A DNA stretch of 64,000 nucleotides from Armatimonadota bacterium. GTDB lineage: Bacteria; Armatimonadota; UBA5829; DTLH01. The stretch is from contig JBDKUN010000028.1 of NCBI GenBank assembly GCA_039679675.1, positions 1 through 64,000 of the forward strand, written 5' to 3'. The notes under the pieces are model-generated. The model made no database searches, was not told the DNA's origin, and saw nothing but the letters and a program-made list of their open reading frames with translations. Position 1 is the stretch's first letter. Each line of letters begins with the position of its first letter. Positions 48,155 through 57,491 of the stretch are shown piece after piece. A program made the position numbers and the translations under genes.

Positions 48155-49558
48155 GTGGGGAAGTTGGCGAAGCAACTCCAATTAGGCGAGAACGATGAAT
48201 TCCTGGCGCTGGGAAGCGCATGGGAACAGGCTTGTGACGCGTTGTCCAAGAGGGTAACTAAGCCCTCCTTCGAGAGCTGGATCAAACCGATTATTCCGCT
48301 GTCTTTCGAAGACGGCGTTGCGATTTTAGGCACCCCCAGTAGGTTTGCGAAGCACTGGCTCGAAGGAAAATACCTGGACGAGATCAAGTCCCTCCTTGAA
48401 GAACAGCTTGGACAGGGAATTCGCGTAGTACTACGCCAGTCAGATGATGAAGCACCGGGACTCCTGCAGGAGCCTCTTCCGCCTGTACGGAAAAGAGCCG
48501 CCTCGGCAGACGAAGAACCTGCGTCTATCCCGCTCAACCCCAGATATAATTTCGATACGTTTGTAGTAGGGCCATGCAACAGGCTGGCACATGCGACCGC
48601 AGTAGCTATCTCCGAAGTTCCAGGAAGTACATATAACCCGCTGTTCCTCTACGGAATGGCAGGACTTGGAAAAACTCACCTGATGCATGCGATAGGGCTC
48701 GGTATACAGGAAAACCACCCGGAGCTGAGAGTGGCGTATGTCAGGGGAGAGACTTTCACCTACCAGTATGTGACCGCGCTCAGAGAACACCGGATATCAG
48801 AGTTCCGGCGCAGGTACAGAAACGTCGATGTCTGGCTGCTGGACGACGTGCAGTTTCTGGTCGGAAAAGAACGGACGGAAGAAGAGTTCTTCCACACTTA
48901 TAACGCTCTATATGACAGCGGCAAACAGGTGGTGATGACGAGCGACAGAGCCCCGAAAGACCTGGAGCTCGATAACAGGCTTCTATCCCGCTTCGAATGC
49001 GGAATGGTCACTGATATTGTCGCACCGGACCTCGAGACCAGGATAGCTATCCTTGAGGAAAAGGCCGTAAGGGAGAATATGGAACTCCCGGACGATGTCG
49101 CACTGTATGTCGCAGAGATCATAAAGAACAATATCCGCCAGCTTGAAGGCGCGCTTATCAAACTGCATGCGTATGCCGCACTCATGAAGACTCCGATCAG
49201 CAGGGATTTGGCCGAAGAAGTGATTGGAAGCTACTTCAAAGAGGCTGATAAATCGCTCCCACTCGACCCTCGGATAGTTCAGCTTGCCGTAAGCCGCAAG
49301 CTAAACGTGAGCGTCGACGATATGGTCGGAAAAAAGAGGAGTCAGGAGATAGTCAAAGCCCGTCAGGTGGCTATGTACCTCTCGCGCGAGCTGACCAGTG
49401 CCTCACTGCCTTCTATAGGCAAGGCTTTCGGCGGCAAGGACCATACCACAGTGCTGCACTCTATCCAGAAGATCACAAAGCTGATCGAGTCGGACACAAA
49501 ACTCTCCGAATCCGTCTCAGAGATAACCGCCGAGCTAAAAAGCGGAAGCCAGAGCTGA
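48155..49558 (+). CDS. dnaA: Chromosomal replication initiator DnaA
   Basis: YNFDTFVVG..N, YNPLFLYG..GLGKTHLMHAIG, DDVQF, RL.SRF, RQLEGAL, RQVAMYL, FGGKDHTTVLH (start may be TTG 48164). Confidence 0.97.
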   Translation: MGKLAKQLQLGENDEFLALGSAWEQACDALSKRVTKPSFESWIKPIIPLSFEDGVAILGTPSRFAKHWLEGKYLDEIKSLLEEQLGQGIRVVLRQSDDEAPGLLQEPLPPVRKRAASADEEPASIPLNPRYNFDTFVVGPCNRLAHATAVAISEVPGSTYNPLFLYGMAGLGKTHLMHAIGLGIQENHPELRVAYVRGETFTYQYVTALREHRISEFRRRYRNVDVWLLDDVQFLVGKERTEEEFFHTYNALYDSGKQVVMTSDRAPKDLELDNRLLSRFECGMVTDIVAPDLETRIAILEEKAVRENMELPDDVALYVAEIIKNNIRQLEGALIKLHAYAALMKTPISRDLAEEVIGSYFKEADKSLPLDPRIVQLAVSRKLNVSVDDMVGKKRSQEIVKARQVAMYLSRELTSASLPSIGKAFGGKDHTTVLHSIQKITKLIESDTKLSESVSEITAELKSGSQS

Positions 49559-49565
49559 AGACCTA

Positions 49566-50495
49566 CTATCTGCCGGGTAATTTCAGGTTGTATCTTTCCC
49601 GCAAGCCCCTTGGAATAACAATTGCGAGCTTGGCATCGGCTTTTCTGGCATTGCGGATGACAGCAAGCAGGAACTGGGCGTTTTCTTTATCAAAATACTT
49701 ACCTTCGCGTGATCTCAAGTCTCGAATATACATCTCACTGCCATCCCGGGATTCGATGAGCACGCAGCGGGAACCGTAGTCGTCCTCTTCTCCAAAACGT
49801 ACATCCGATACATCGTTCCAATGGATTAATATCATATTTGCAGCCTGGGCCGTGCTTGATTGTGAAATATAATCCGCTCGCAATTCGTAGTTTCGGGGGC
49901 CACCAGCATCTTCCGGCGCATTGTCGATATAGTCAATCTCATCGGGGATATCTTCCGGTATTTCAGCCCAAATTGAAAGCGAATCATCAGATAAAATGAA
50001 GCCCCCCGCTTTGCCGTACCTGCTTAAGTGCTGCCGGATTGATGCCTCAATCAATTCGTAATGAGTTTCAACCGGCGCAGTAAAACTTATTATGGTTGTA
50101 TTGCTTTTGACTACAATATCTTTTGTATAGCGGCTATCTTCGGGAGTAGTGTAGGCATCCACAACATCCTGCCATGCAATAAATCTTTTCCGACTAAAAC
50201 TCTCAATTTCAATTCCGGTTTTATCTACAATCACCTTAATACCAGACAGGCGGGCATAAAGAAAAAAGAGTATGCAGCAAGCGACAAGATACAGCGAAAA
50301 AGCATAATATCGAGTGACAATCAGGTATATCAGGCTGCCTATAATCGGAAGGCAACAAAGCGGGTTCCAACCACCGAAATTCATCCTGGTTTCTTCCAGG
50401 CTCGGTAGTTCTGGTAGGTTCAGTGTAGAATTGTCTGATGTCGGTGCCATAGGCTTAATAGAATCATACAACGGCGTTCCGCTGATTTCCTTCAT
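49566..50495 (-). CDS. Membrane protein with bacterial PH-like domains (paralog of 14512-15951)
   Basis: TM pair + D.TGI....RK.FI.W.DV + EASIRQHL.RYGKA + SL.IW.EIPE motifs shared. Confidence 0.65.
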   Translation of the reverse strand: MKEISGTPLYDSIKPMAPTSDNSTLNLPELPSLEETRMNFGGWNPLCCLPIIGSLIYLIVTRYYAFSLYLVACCILFFLYARLSGIKVIVDKTGIEIESFSRKRFIAWQDVVDAYTTPEDSRYTKDIVVKSNTTIISFTAPVETHYELIEASIRQHLSRYGKAGGFILSDDSLSIWAEIPEDIPDEIDYIDNAPEDAGGPRNYELRADYISQSSTAQAANMILIHWNDVSDVRFGEEDDYGSRCVLIESRDGSEMYIRDLRSREGKYFDKENAQFLLAVIRNARKADAKLAIVIPRGLRERYNLKLPGR

Positions 50496-50737
50496 ATTCA
50501 GGATGACATTTTGGGTGTATGTCGATAGATAGCTGGGGCATGGATGCCCAGGAGAATCAGACCGGGGGCATGGATCCCCCCGGCCATCAAACTAGTTATA
50601 ATTTTTGTATCGAGCTGACCTCATAACTCATACCTCAACACTGTTTTTCTATGTTTATTATCCAACATGTGCGGGCATATAATTCATGGGCTTGGGTGCA
50701 AGCCCTATTCATGCTAAACGAAAGGGAGGGTGGAACG

Positions 50738-51046
50738 ATGCACCGCGAAGAGAGAGAATCCGGACAACTTCGGTTCTCAGAACGTGATTTCAAGGTATGC
50801 GATTTCTGCGGCGCGCTCAACAGAGTAGAGAACTCAGAGTGTTTTATATGCGGTTGGTACGGTGTGTTCCACCGCGACCCCGATATAGTCAAACAGGCAA
50901 TCATGGAGTTCGAGGAGCAGTACGGCGGCCTGAACGACAACCTCATCGCTGAAGAACTGCTGCCGGACGAAAGCCGCGGCCCCGGCTGGTTCTCGACCCT
51001 CATTGAGAAGATAAAGCTGTTCCTGAGCAGCAGAGAAGCAGCCTGA
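50738..51046 (+). CDS. Small zinc-ribbon-like protein
   Basis: CDFCGALN....ECFICG; GGAGG RBS before ATG 50738. Confidence 0.7.
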   Translation: MHREERESGQLRFSERDFKVCDFCGALNRVENSECFICGWYGVFHRDPDIVKQAIMEFEEQYGGLNDNLIAEELLPDESRGPGWFSTLIEKIKLFLSSREAA

Positions 51047-51083
51047 AAAACAGGTCCAAATGGACCGATTGTGGCAGTCGAAT

Positions 51084-51116
51084 GAGCCCGGGAAAGTAAA
51101 AGTACCGGGCTTTTTG
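51084..51116 (+). terminator. Intrinsic terminator
   Basis: AGCCCGG...CCGGGCT-TTTT. Confidence 0.6.
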
Positions 51117-51218
51117 CTGTTTTATACCCCAACGCGCCAAATTGCTGCAGGAATTCTCCGCTGCAGAACTTAACGCAACAGTAGATAACTGCTGCAAGGA
51201 GTAATCAAAGCTGCACAA

Positions 51219-52385
51219 ATGGATAAACTGAGAATAGGGTCTATAGGTGTCTGCGGGCGCGGCGGGCTTGCCAATTACTGGCAGAAGAGCAAGCGCGCGG
51301 CCGTGGTTGCAGGCGCGGATATCAACGAAAACCACCTGGCGGACTTCCGTAAAAGGATGGGCGACGACGTTTTCACGACTACGGACTACCGGGCGCTTCT
51401 GGAGAGGAGCGATATAGATGCTGTGGCCGTAACCTCGCCTGACTACTGCCACGAGGAGCAAGCAATCGCTGCTCTGCAGGCCGGAAAGCATGTATTCTGC
51501 GAAAAACCGCTTGCCATCACTACGGAAGGCTGCGACAGGATACTTGAGGCCTGGAAAGCCTCCGGAAAGCATCTCATGGTAGGGTTCAATATGCGCTATA
51601 TGAACATCTTCCGTGTGATGAAAGAGATAGTCGACTCCGGCGTGATAGGGGAGATCAAAGCCGTGTGGGTGCGGCACTTTGTAGGCTTCGGCGGGTGGTT
51701 CTATTACCATGACTGGCATGCCGACCGAAAGAACACTACATCCCTTCTTCTCCAGAAGGGCTCGCACGATATAGATATGATCCACTGGATCACTGGAAAG
51801 TATACGAAGAGGGTCGCTGCGTTCGGAAGCCTCGATTTCTTCGGCGGAGATAAGGCGAATGACCTCAGATGTCCTGACTGCCAGGACAAACACACCTGCA
51901 CTGAAGGGAGCTTCGACAATCTCAACCAGTGCGCATTTCGAAAAGAGGTCAACGTCGAGGACAACAACGTTGTGATAATGGAAATGGAGGGCGGGATAAA
52001 GGCATCTTACCTTCAGTGCCATTTCACACCGGACTACCATCGAAACTATGTCTTTATCGGCACTGAAGGCCGGATAGAAAACTCGGAACCGGAGGGCAAG
52101 GTCTGGTTGAAGATGCGGCACTCCGCTCCCGGACCGAGTTCGGCAGCACGTCTGGCGGACGAATCCGGTGTATGGAAGGAACTCGCCGACAGGACATATG
52201 ACATAAAACCCGCAGAAGGCACACATGGCGGGGCCGATCCCTTGATATGCGAGGACTTCCTGGATATGGTACTGCTCGGAAAAGAGCCTGTAGCAACGCC
52301 GTTTGCAGGGAGGATGAGTGTTGCCGTCGGCTGCGCAGCCGCAAAGTCTATGCGCTCAGGCGGAATGCCCGTAGATGTGCTTTAG
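51219..52385 (+). CDS. Gfo/Idh/MocA oxidoreductase
   Basis: IG.CGRG, AGKHVFCEKP, VGFNMRY, LLLQKGSHDID, HGGAD. Confidence 0.92.
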   Translation: MDKLRIGSIGVCGRGGLANYWQKSKRAAVVAGADINENHLADFRKRMGDDVFTTTDYRALLERSDIDAVAVTSPDYCHEEQAIAALQAGKHVFCEKPLAITTEGCDRILEAWKASGKHLMVGFNMRYMNIFRVMKEIVDSGVIGEIKAVWVRHFVGFGGWFYYHDWHADRKNTTSLLLQKGSHDIDMIHWITGKYTKRVAAFGSLDFFGGDKANDLRCPDCQDKHTCTEGSFDNLNQCAFRKEVNVEDNNVVIMEMEGGIKASYLQCHFTPDYHRNYVFIGTEGRIENSEPEGKVWLKMRHSAPGPSSAARLADESGVWKELADRTYDIKPAEGTHGGADPLICEDFLDMVLLGKEPVATPFAGRMSVAVGCAAAKSMRSGGMPVDVL

Positions 52386-52509
52386 CTGCCAGCTATCAGC
52401 AGTCTGTTACCAGCATCTGAACCGCGAAATATGCGGAAGACGCGGAATAGGGATTAGTGGAGAGATAGAAGTTTTATCGCCTCTCCACTGATTCCTGCTG
52501 ACAACTAAA

Positions 52510-52833
52510 TCAAGCCACTTTTCTATGCGCATCGCCGTTGCGGGTCTCTGTTTCGTCTCTATTCGCAAGCATCTGTTTCATCCTCAACGCCATATCCGCA
52601 AGGCCTTTCAGGTATCCGGCCATGTAGCAGGCCTGCACAGTCTGCTCACGTTCTTTGGCATAGGCGTCGGACAGTTTGTGTATGATGTTAGCGGCATCTT
52701 TATCCGGTTTGCCCATGCGCACCATCTCTTTTTCGAGTTCACTTATCATATCGTTCGCTATGATACTCTCCGGCAAACCGCTGAGCTCCGACAGAGAATC
52801 GATATTCGGCAGTTTTATTTCATCTATATCCAT
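52510..52833 (-). CDS. Hypothetical helical protein
   Basis: 107-aa ORF with [16 protein letters not shown] motif. Confidence 0.55.
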   Translation of the reverse strand: MDIDEIKLPNIDSLSELSGLPESIIANDMISELEKEMVRMGKPDKDAANIIHKLSDAYAKEREQTVQACYMAGYLKGLADMALRMKQMLANRDETETRNGDAHRKVA

Positions 52834-52942
52834 TGATTCATCCCCCAATGGAGTTTTTGCTTTACGTGATTATCTTACCCTATGTTGCGAATACTACGTC
52901 CAGGTCTTGCAAAGACAGCACATTAAAAGTTACACTGAGTTT

Positions 52943-53704
52943 ATGCTTGCGAAAAGAATAATCCCCTGCCTGGACGTGAAAGACGGCAGGGTTGTCAAAG
53001 GGACCAACTTTGTCGATCTGAAAGACGCGGGAGACCCGGTAGAGCTTGCTGCTCGATATGACATGGAAGGCGCCGACGAGATCACTTTTCTCGATATTAC
53101 GGCGAGCCATGAGAAACGGGGCACTATTCTCGATGTCGCAAACCGGACTGCCGAAAAAGTCTTTATTCCATTCACTGTAGGAGGGGGAATTCAATCGGTG
53201 GATGACTTCCGATCGATCCTCATGACAGGCGCGGACAAGGTGAGTGTGAACACAGCCGCGCTGAAGAACCCACGGCTTATAACGGAAGCCGCGGAAAGGT
53301 TCGGCTCGCAATGCGTGGTTGTAGCAATCGACGCAAGAAGGAATGACGACTGTTCATGGGAGGTCTACACACACGGTGGACGGCGTCCGGCAGGAGTAGA
53401 TGCGGTAAAATGGGCCGTAGAGGTAGAAAAACTCGGGGCAGGAGAGATAATGCTTACGAGTATGGACTGCGACGGCACTAAGGCAGGCTACGATATAGAG
53501 CTTACAAGGACAGTAGCCGAAAAAGTCGGCATTCCAGTCATCGCTTCAGGCGGAGCAGGGACGCTGGAGCATATTTACGACGCTTTGACAGATGGAGGAG
53601 CTGACGCGGCGCTGATCGCCTCGATAGTCCACTACCGGACCTATTCCATAAAACAGATCAAGGACTACCTCGCAGAGCGGGGAGTCGAAGTCAGGAGTAT
53701 TTAA
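52943..53704 (+). CDS. hisF: Imidazole glycerol phosphate synthase cyclase subunit
   Basis: [53 protein letters not shown]. Confidence 0.97.
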   Translation: MLAKRIIPCLDVKDGRVVKGTNFVDLKDAGDPVELAARYDMEGADEITFLDITASHEKRGTILDVANRTAEKVFIPFTVGGGIQSVDDFRSILMTGADKVSVNTAALKNPRLITEAAERFGSQCVVVAIDARRNDDCSWEVYTHGGRRPAGVDAVKWAVEVEKLGAGEIMLTSMDCDGTKAGYDIELTRTVAEKVGIPVIASGGAGTLEHIYDALTDGGADAALIASIVHYRTYSIKQIKDYLAERGVEVRSI

Positions 53705-53706
53705 GC

Positions 53707-54075
53707 TTGAAAGAACTGGTTAATGTGCTCGTTTTTAACGATAATGGTCTTATTCCCGCCGTTATACAGGACGATAAGTCCGGGCAGGTGCTCACGCTTT
53801 GCTATATGAACATGGAAGCGCTGGAAAAGACGCTTGAGACAGGGCTGGTACATGTATTTCGCCGGAGCGTCGGCCGTCTTATGATGAAAGGCGAGACTTC
53901 AGGCCACACCCAGACGGTCAAGTCGATCACTATCGACTGTGAGGGCAAATCGCTCAATATAAGAATAGACCAGAAGGTCGCCGCCTGCCATAGAAACTAT
54001 TTTACCTGCTACTACCGTGAATATGACAGAGAAACAGGCAAGATTATTGTCCGCGGTGAACCAGTAATCGAGTAG
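53707..54075 (+). CDS. hisI: Phosphoribosyl-AMP cyclohydrolase
   Basis: GLIPAVIQD, YMN.EAL..T, KGETSGH.Q, DCEG, ACH....CYY. Confidence 0.92.
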   Translation: MKELVNVLVFNDNGLIPAVIQDDKSGQVLTLCYMNMEALEKTLETGLVHVFRRSVGRLMMKGETSGHTQTVKSITIDCEGKSLNIRIDQKVAACHRNYFTCYYREYDRETGKIIVRGEPVIE

Positions 54076-54145
54076 AATCAACTTTTCTGCGGTATATTGA
54101 CGCAGTATCCGGAAAGAATCGCACTATCAGGAGGTGGTATTTCGG

Positions 54146-54327
54146 ATGCTGCGCAAAATAATATTGATAGCCGTAACATTGGCAACGGCAATCATGTTCG
54201 CAGGATGCGCACCCGGTGGGTGAGGGGCGTAAACCCGCTACCCGGTCCGGGTGGCCCGGAATCTGTTGGATATCACAGCAAAAATGACGGAGGTACTGTG
54301 GATTCTACTGCTACAAATATCCACTAA
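54146..54327 (+). pseudogene. Small lipoprotein gene, apparently frameshifted after the lipobox
   Basis: AGGAGG RBS, MLRKIILIAVTLATAIMFAG-CAPGG then TGA at 54221-54223; another frame continues to 54327. Confidence 0.45.
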
Positions 54328-54448
54328 CCAAAAATATTGGCTTTATAGCCTCATGCTATGGACTCAACATAGAAAGTGATATAATAATGAACTATACTGT
54401 AAAAACAGGGGCATAAGAGTTAACAAATAGCATGGAGGCATTAAATAA

Positions 54449-55120
54449 TTGAGTGTATATGCGCGCATGAAGCTGGCAATGCTCGCTGCAATAGTCATAC
54501 TAACAGCCGTTGCGTCCTCTGCTGTTGTTATGCAGGCGTCGGAAAGCAAGCAAGGTAAACAGAAGAAGCAGTTGGTTCAGACGAGTGGAAAAATGGATAT
54601 TGAGACTGCGAATGAACCGAGAAATCCGGAATATGTGCCTTGCCCATGTGGTTACGATGTAATGATAGACAAATCCAGCAGGCTGATGAAGATATACTTG
54701 AGGGGAAAGATACTTAGGACATACTCTATATGCCTTGGATTTGAACCGGAAGGGCGGAAAACTGCACGTGGGGACGGGCGGACACCGGAAGGTGATTATT
54801 ACATCTGCAGGCGGAACTCCGCAAGCGCGTATTATAGGTCACTCCTCATATCTTATCCATCTCCCTCGGATGCGAAGTGCGGTGTGGAAGAAGGAAAAGT
54901 AGATGATGCGGTAATGAATGAGGTCAATTGTGCTTGTTACAGGCGTTCCGTACCCCCGCAGGACACACAGCTCGGTGGAAATATCTGCATCCACGGTGAA
55001 GGAAGCAGATATCGTCAGGATAGAGACTGGACTGCAGGATGTATCGCGGTGACGAACAGAGAAATGGCTGAAATATTCAATATCATCCCGGTAGGAACTC
55101 CCGTCAGGATAAGGGCGTGA
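54449..55120 (+). CDS. L,D-transpeptidase (YkuD family)
   Basis: Signal peptide, IDKS.R, GDGRTPEG.Y, ISYP, ICIHG...WTAGCIAV.N, VGTPV.I. Confidence 0.9.
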   Translation: MSVYARMKLAMLAAIVILTAVASSAVVMQASESKQGKQKKQLVQTSGKMDIETANEPRNPEYVPCPCGYDVMIDKSSRLMKIYLRGKILRTYSICLGFEPEGRKTARGDGRTPEGDYYICRRNSASAYYRSLLISYPSPSDAKCGVEEGKVDDAVMNEVNCACYRRSVPPQDTQLGGNICIHGEGSRYRQDRDWTAGCIAVTNREMAEIFNIIPVGTPVRIRA

Positions 55121-55237
55121 TGGGTAGTTGCTGTTGGCAGACGAGTTGACATGCCCGAGAAGGGGGTGATAAACTCGACCTGTTGGTTTAGGGCAAGAGG
55201 ATAATCGAAAAAATATTAAAATATTTCCGATGACCCC

Positions 55238-55264
55238 TAAAGATAATAAAAACACCGCCGATAA
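55238..55264 (+). promoter_or_regulatory. sigma28 (FliA/SigD) promoter
   Basis: TAAA-N15-GCCGATAA consensus match upstream of flgM. Confidence 0.82.
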
Positions 55265-55283
55265 TAAGAAGTATAGAGATTAA

Positions 55284-55378
55284 AACCGAAAAGGCAAACT
55301 CTTCGAAAGAAGGGGACGCAAAGCCAATGGGGCTTCCTTGAGCACAATTGTGTAAAAGATGCCGGCCAGGCTGCCGTT
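55284..55378 (+). ncRNA. c-di-GMP-I (GEMM) riboswitch
   Basis: GGCAAAC-TCTTC-GAAA-GAAGG-GGACGCAAAGCC...GGCCAGGCTGCC; GAAA tetraloop; G at the position equivalent to G20. Confidence 0.85.
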
Positions 55379-55439
55379 CTTCTTGAGTCGAGGGTTTGCC
55401 TTTTTTGCATGATAAGCCCGCGATGGGAAGGAAAAGAAT

Positions 55440-55730
55440 ATGAAGATATCGAGCATCGAATGCGGTAATGCCAGTGCAAACGCAACAGAATCTAAAGTAA
55501 ATGAGAAGATTCTGCCAAAGAATATGCCTCGAAAGAGCGCGCGGACACATTTGACGCCTCTGGAGCAGGGCATTGCGGTGGCACAGGAAGCGCTGAAGGA
55601 TATTCCCGATGTTCGCGAAGATATCGTAGCTGATCTGAAAAAGCGGATCGCGAACGGGGAATACAAGGTCAGTGGAGAGGATGTTGCTGACATGATGATG
55701 AGGCGGAGAGCGGCTGACCGTATTAGATGA
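55440..55730 (+). CDS. flgM: Anti-sigma28 factor FlgM
   Basis: MKI start; PDVREDIVADLKKRIANGEYKVSGEDVADMM C-terminal motif; sigma28 promoter. Confidence 0.85.
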   Translation: MKISSIECGNASANATESKVNEKILPKNMPRKSARTHLTPLEQGIAVAQEALKDIPDVREDIVADLKKRIANGEYKVSGEDVADMMMRRRAADRIR

Positions 55731-55867
55731 TGTCTTGACGCGATTAATTGATATACGGGAGGAGAGGCGGTGTTAAGTGCCTCTCTTTCTTGGTGTACCG
55801 GCATGGAGGAAGAATCGAAGGAATTGAAGAAGTTAATTGGTAAGCTCAACAGTTTCGGGAGAAGCGG

Positions 55868-56644
55868 ATGGGGATAATATACGCTGTAGTAAACCAGAAA
55901 GGCGGAGTCGGTAAGACTACGACATCGGTAAACCTGGCAGCATGTGCTGCTGTGGCAGGTGAAAAGGTGCTGCTTGTCGATACGGACCCTCAGGGGAACG
56001 CGACAAGTGGAGTAGGAGTAGTAAAGTCAGGTCTGGAAGCCTGTATATACGATGTGTTGATAAACAGCGAGCCGATAGAGAATGTAATAATCAAAACTGA
56101 CACACCGAACCTCGATCTTGTACCGGCGCGGCTGGATCTGGCTGGAGCGGACATTGAACTGATGTCGATGATGTCACGTGAGACCAAACTTAAAAACGCG
56201 CTGGGACAGGTATCGGACCAGTATGAGATGATAGTGATAGATTGTCCTCCATCTCTTGGACTTCTCACAATAAATGTTCTGACTGCGGCAGACTATGTAA
56301 TATTGCCTATACAATGTGAATATTATGCGCTAGAAGGTATCAGTCAGCTTTTAAGAACTGTTGAGTTGATAAAACAGAACCTGAATCCTGATCTGGAAAT
56401 AGCAAAAGTGCTGCTTACAATGTATGACTACAGGACGAATTTATCTCAGCAGGTAGTAAGAGAGGTTCAGACCTTCTTTAGTGATCAGGTATCTGAAGTG
56501 CTTGTACCAAGAAATGTGCGTTTATCTGAAGCCCCGAGCCATGGGCTGCCGATAATTGCATACGATCCGAAATCAAAGGGCGCTGAGGCGTATCGAATAT
56601 TCTCCGAAGAGGTGATGGCGTTTGGAAAAGAAAGGGCTCGGTAA
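55868..56644 (+). CDS. parA: Chromosome partitioning ATPase ParA/Soj
   Basis: NQKGGVGKTT, D.DPQGNATSG, IDCPPSLGLLT, QCEYYALEG, PRNVRLSEAPSHG. Confidence 0.96.
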   Translation: MGIIYAVVNQKGGVGKTTTSVNLAACAAVAGEKVLLVDTDPQGNATSGVGVVKSGLEACIYDVLINSEPIENVIIKTDTPNLDLVPARLDLAGADIELMSMMSRETKLKNALGQVSDQYEMIVIDCPPSLGLLTINVLTAADYVILPIQCEYYALEGISQLLRTVELIKQNLNPDLEIAKVLLTMYDYRTNLSQQVVREVQTFFSDQVSEVLVPRNVRLSEAPSHGLPIIAYDPKSKGAEAYRIFSEEVMAFGKERAR

Positions 56645-57491
56645 AGGGCTTGGCGCGTTGATTCCGGGTGCGGGTGAAACACGCAATGATCGACCGACAA
56701 ACGATATACAAATAGATCAGATTGTATTTAATCCGTATCAGCCAAGAAAGAGTATAGATGACGAAAAGTTCCAGGACCTTGTCAGATCTGTAAGGCTGCA
56801 TGGAATATTGCAGCCTATAGTCGTAAGAGCGAATAGTGACGGCACATATGAACTGGTAGCAGGCGAGAGGCGTCTTCGTGCTGCAACAGCTGCAGGACTA
56901 TCAAGAATACCGGCTACTATAAAGGAATACACGAACGAACAGAGCCTTGTTGTAGCATTGATAGAAAACTTACAGCGGGAAGACATAGGGCCGCTGGAAG
57001 CTGCTCTGGCTTACAAGAGGCTTATAGATGAGTTCAGCTTGAACCAGGATGATGTTGCCTTCAGGATAGGAAAGAGCAGGCCGAGTGTAACAAATACGCT
57101 CAGGTTATTAAACCTCCCGGAGGAGATTCAAAGGAGCCTTGGAAGCGGGCAAATATCTGAAGGGCATGCTAGATCACTATTGAGTGTGAATGATGCTGAC
57201 AGGCAAAGATCAATATGCCAGCGTATAATTGGAGAACACCTGTCAGTTAGAGATACTGAAAGACTGTGCAGGGAGAAACAAACTGAAAATGTTTCACGTG
57301 AAACATTACCGGTAACGAAGACTGTTGTCGAGGAGCTCGATCCCAATATGCTCGACATTCAGGATCAGCTTCGTAGGCTGTTTGGCACACGAGTTTCAAT
57401 ACGTATAGGCCGCGACCGTGGGAAGATCGAGATCGAGTTCTACAATGAAGATGATCTGAATCGAATATTAGGGTTGCTTGGCACGATGTGA
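56622..57491 (+). CDS. parB: Chromosome partitioning protein ParB/Spo0J
   Basis: KGLGKGLGALI, NPYQPRK, GILQP, AGERRLRA, ENLQRED, GKSR..VTN.LRLL.LP, GHARSLL. Confidence 0.96.
   Translation: MEKKGLGKGLGALIPGAGETRNDRPTNDIQIDQIVFNPYQPRKSIDDEKFQDLVRSVRLHGILQPIVVRANSDGTYELVAGERRLRAATAAGLSRIPATIKEYTNEQSLVVALIENLQREDIGPLEAALAYKRLIDEFSLNQDDVAFRIGKSRPSVTNTLRLLNLPEEIQRSLGSGQISEGHARSLLSVNDADRQRSICQRIIGEHLSVRDTERLCREKQTENVSRETLPVTKTVVEELDPNMLDIQDQLRRLFGTRVSIRIGRDRGKIEIEFYNEDDLNRILGLLGTM
57290..57305. promoter_or_regulatory. parS centromere site within parB
   Basis: Perfect TGTTTCACGTGAAACA palindrome (translates as VSRET). Confidence 0.92.

Noticed and set aside
51000..52226. 408-aa minus-strand ORF
   Set aside because: Antisense shadow of the Gfo/Idh/MocA gene.
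52676..52942. N-terminal extension of the hisF ORF
   Set aside because: The canonical MLAKRII start is at 52943; the extension is antisense to another ORF.
54221..54232. Selenocysteine readthrough of the TGA in the small lipoprotein ORF
   Set aside because: An in-frame TAA follows after two more codons.
56170..56185. Second parS-like site in parA (GATGTCACGTGAGACC)
   Set aside because: Only the central TCACGTGA matches; the flanks are too degenerate.
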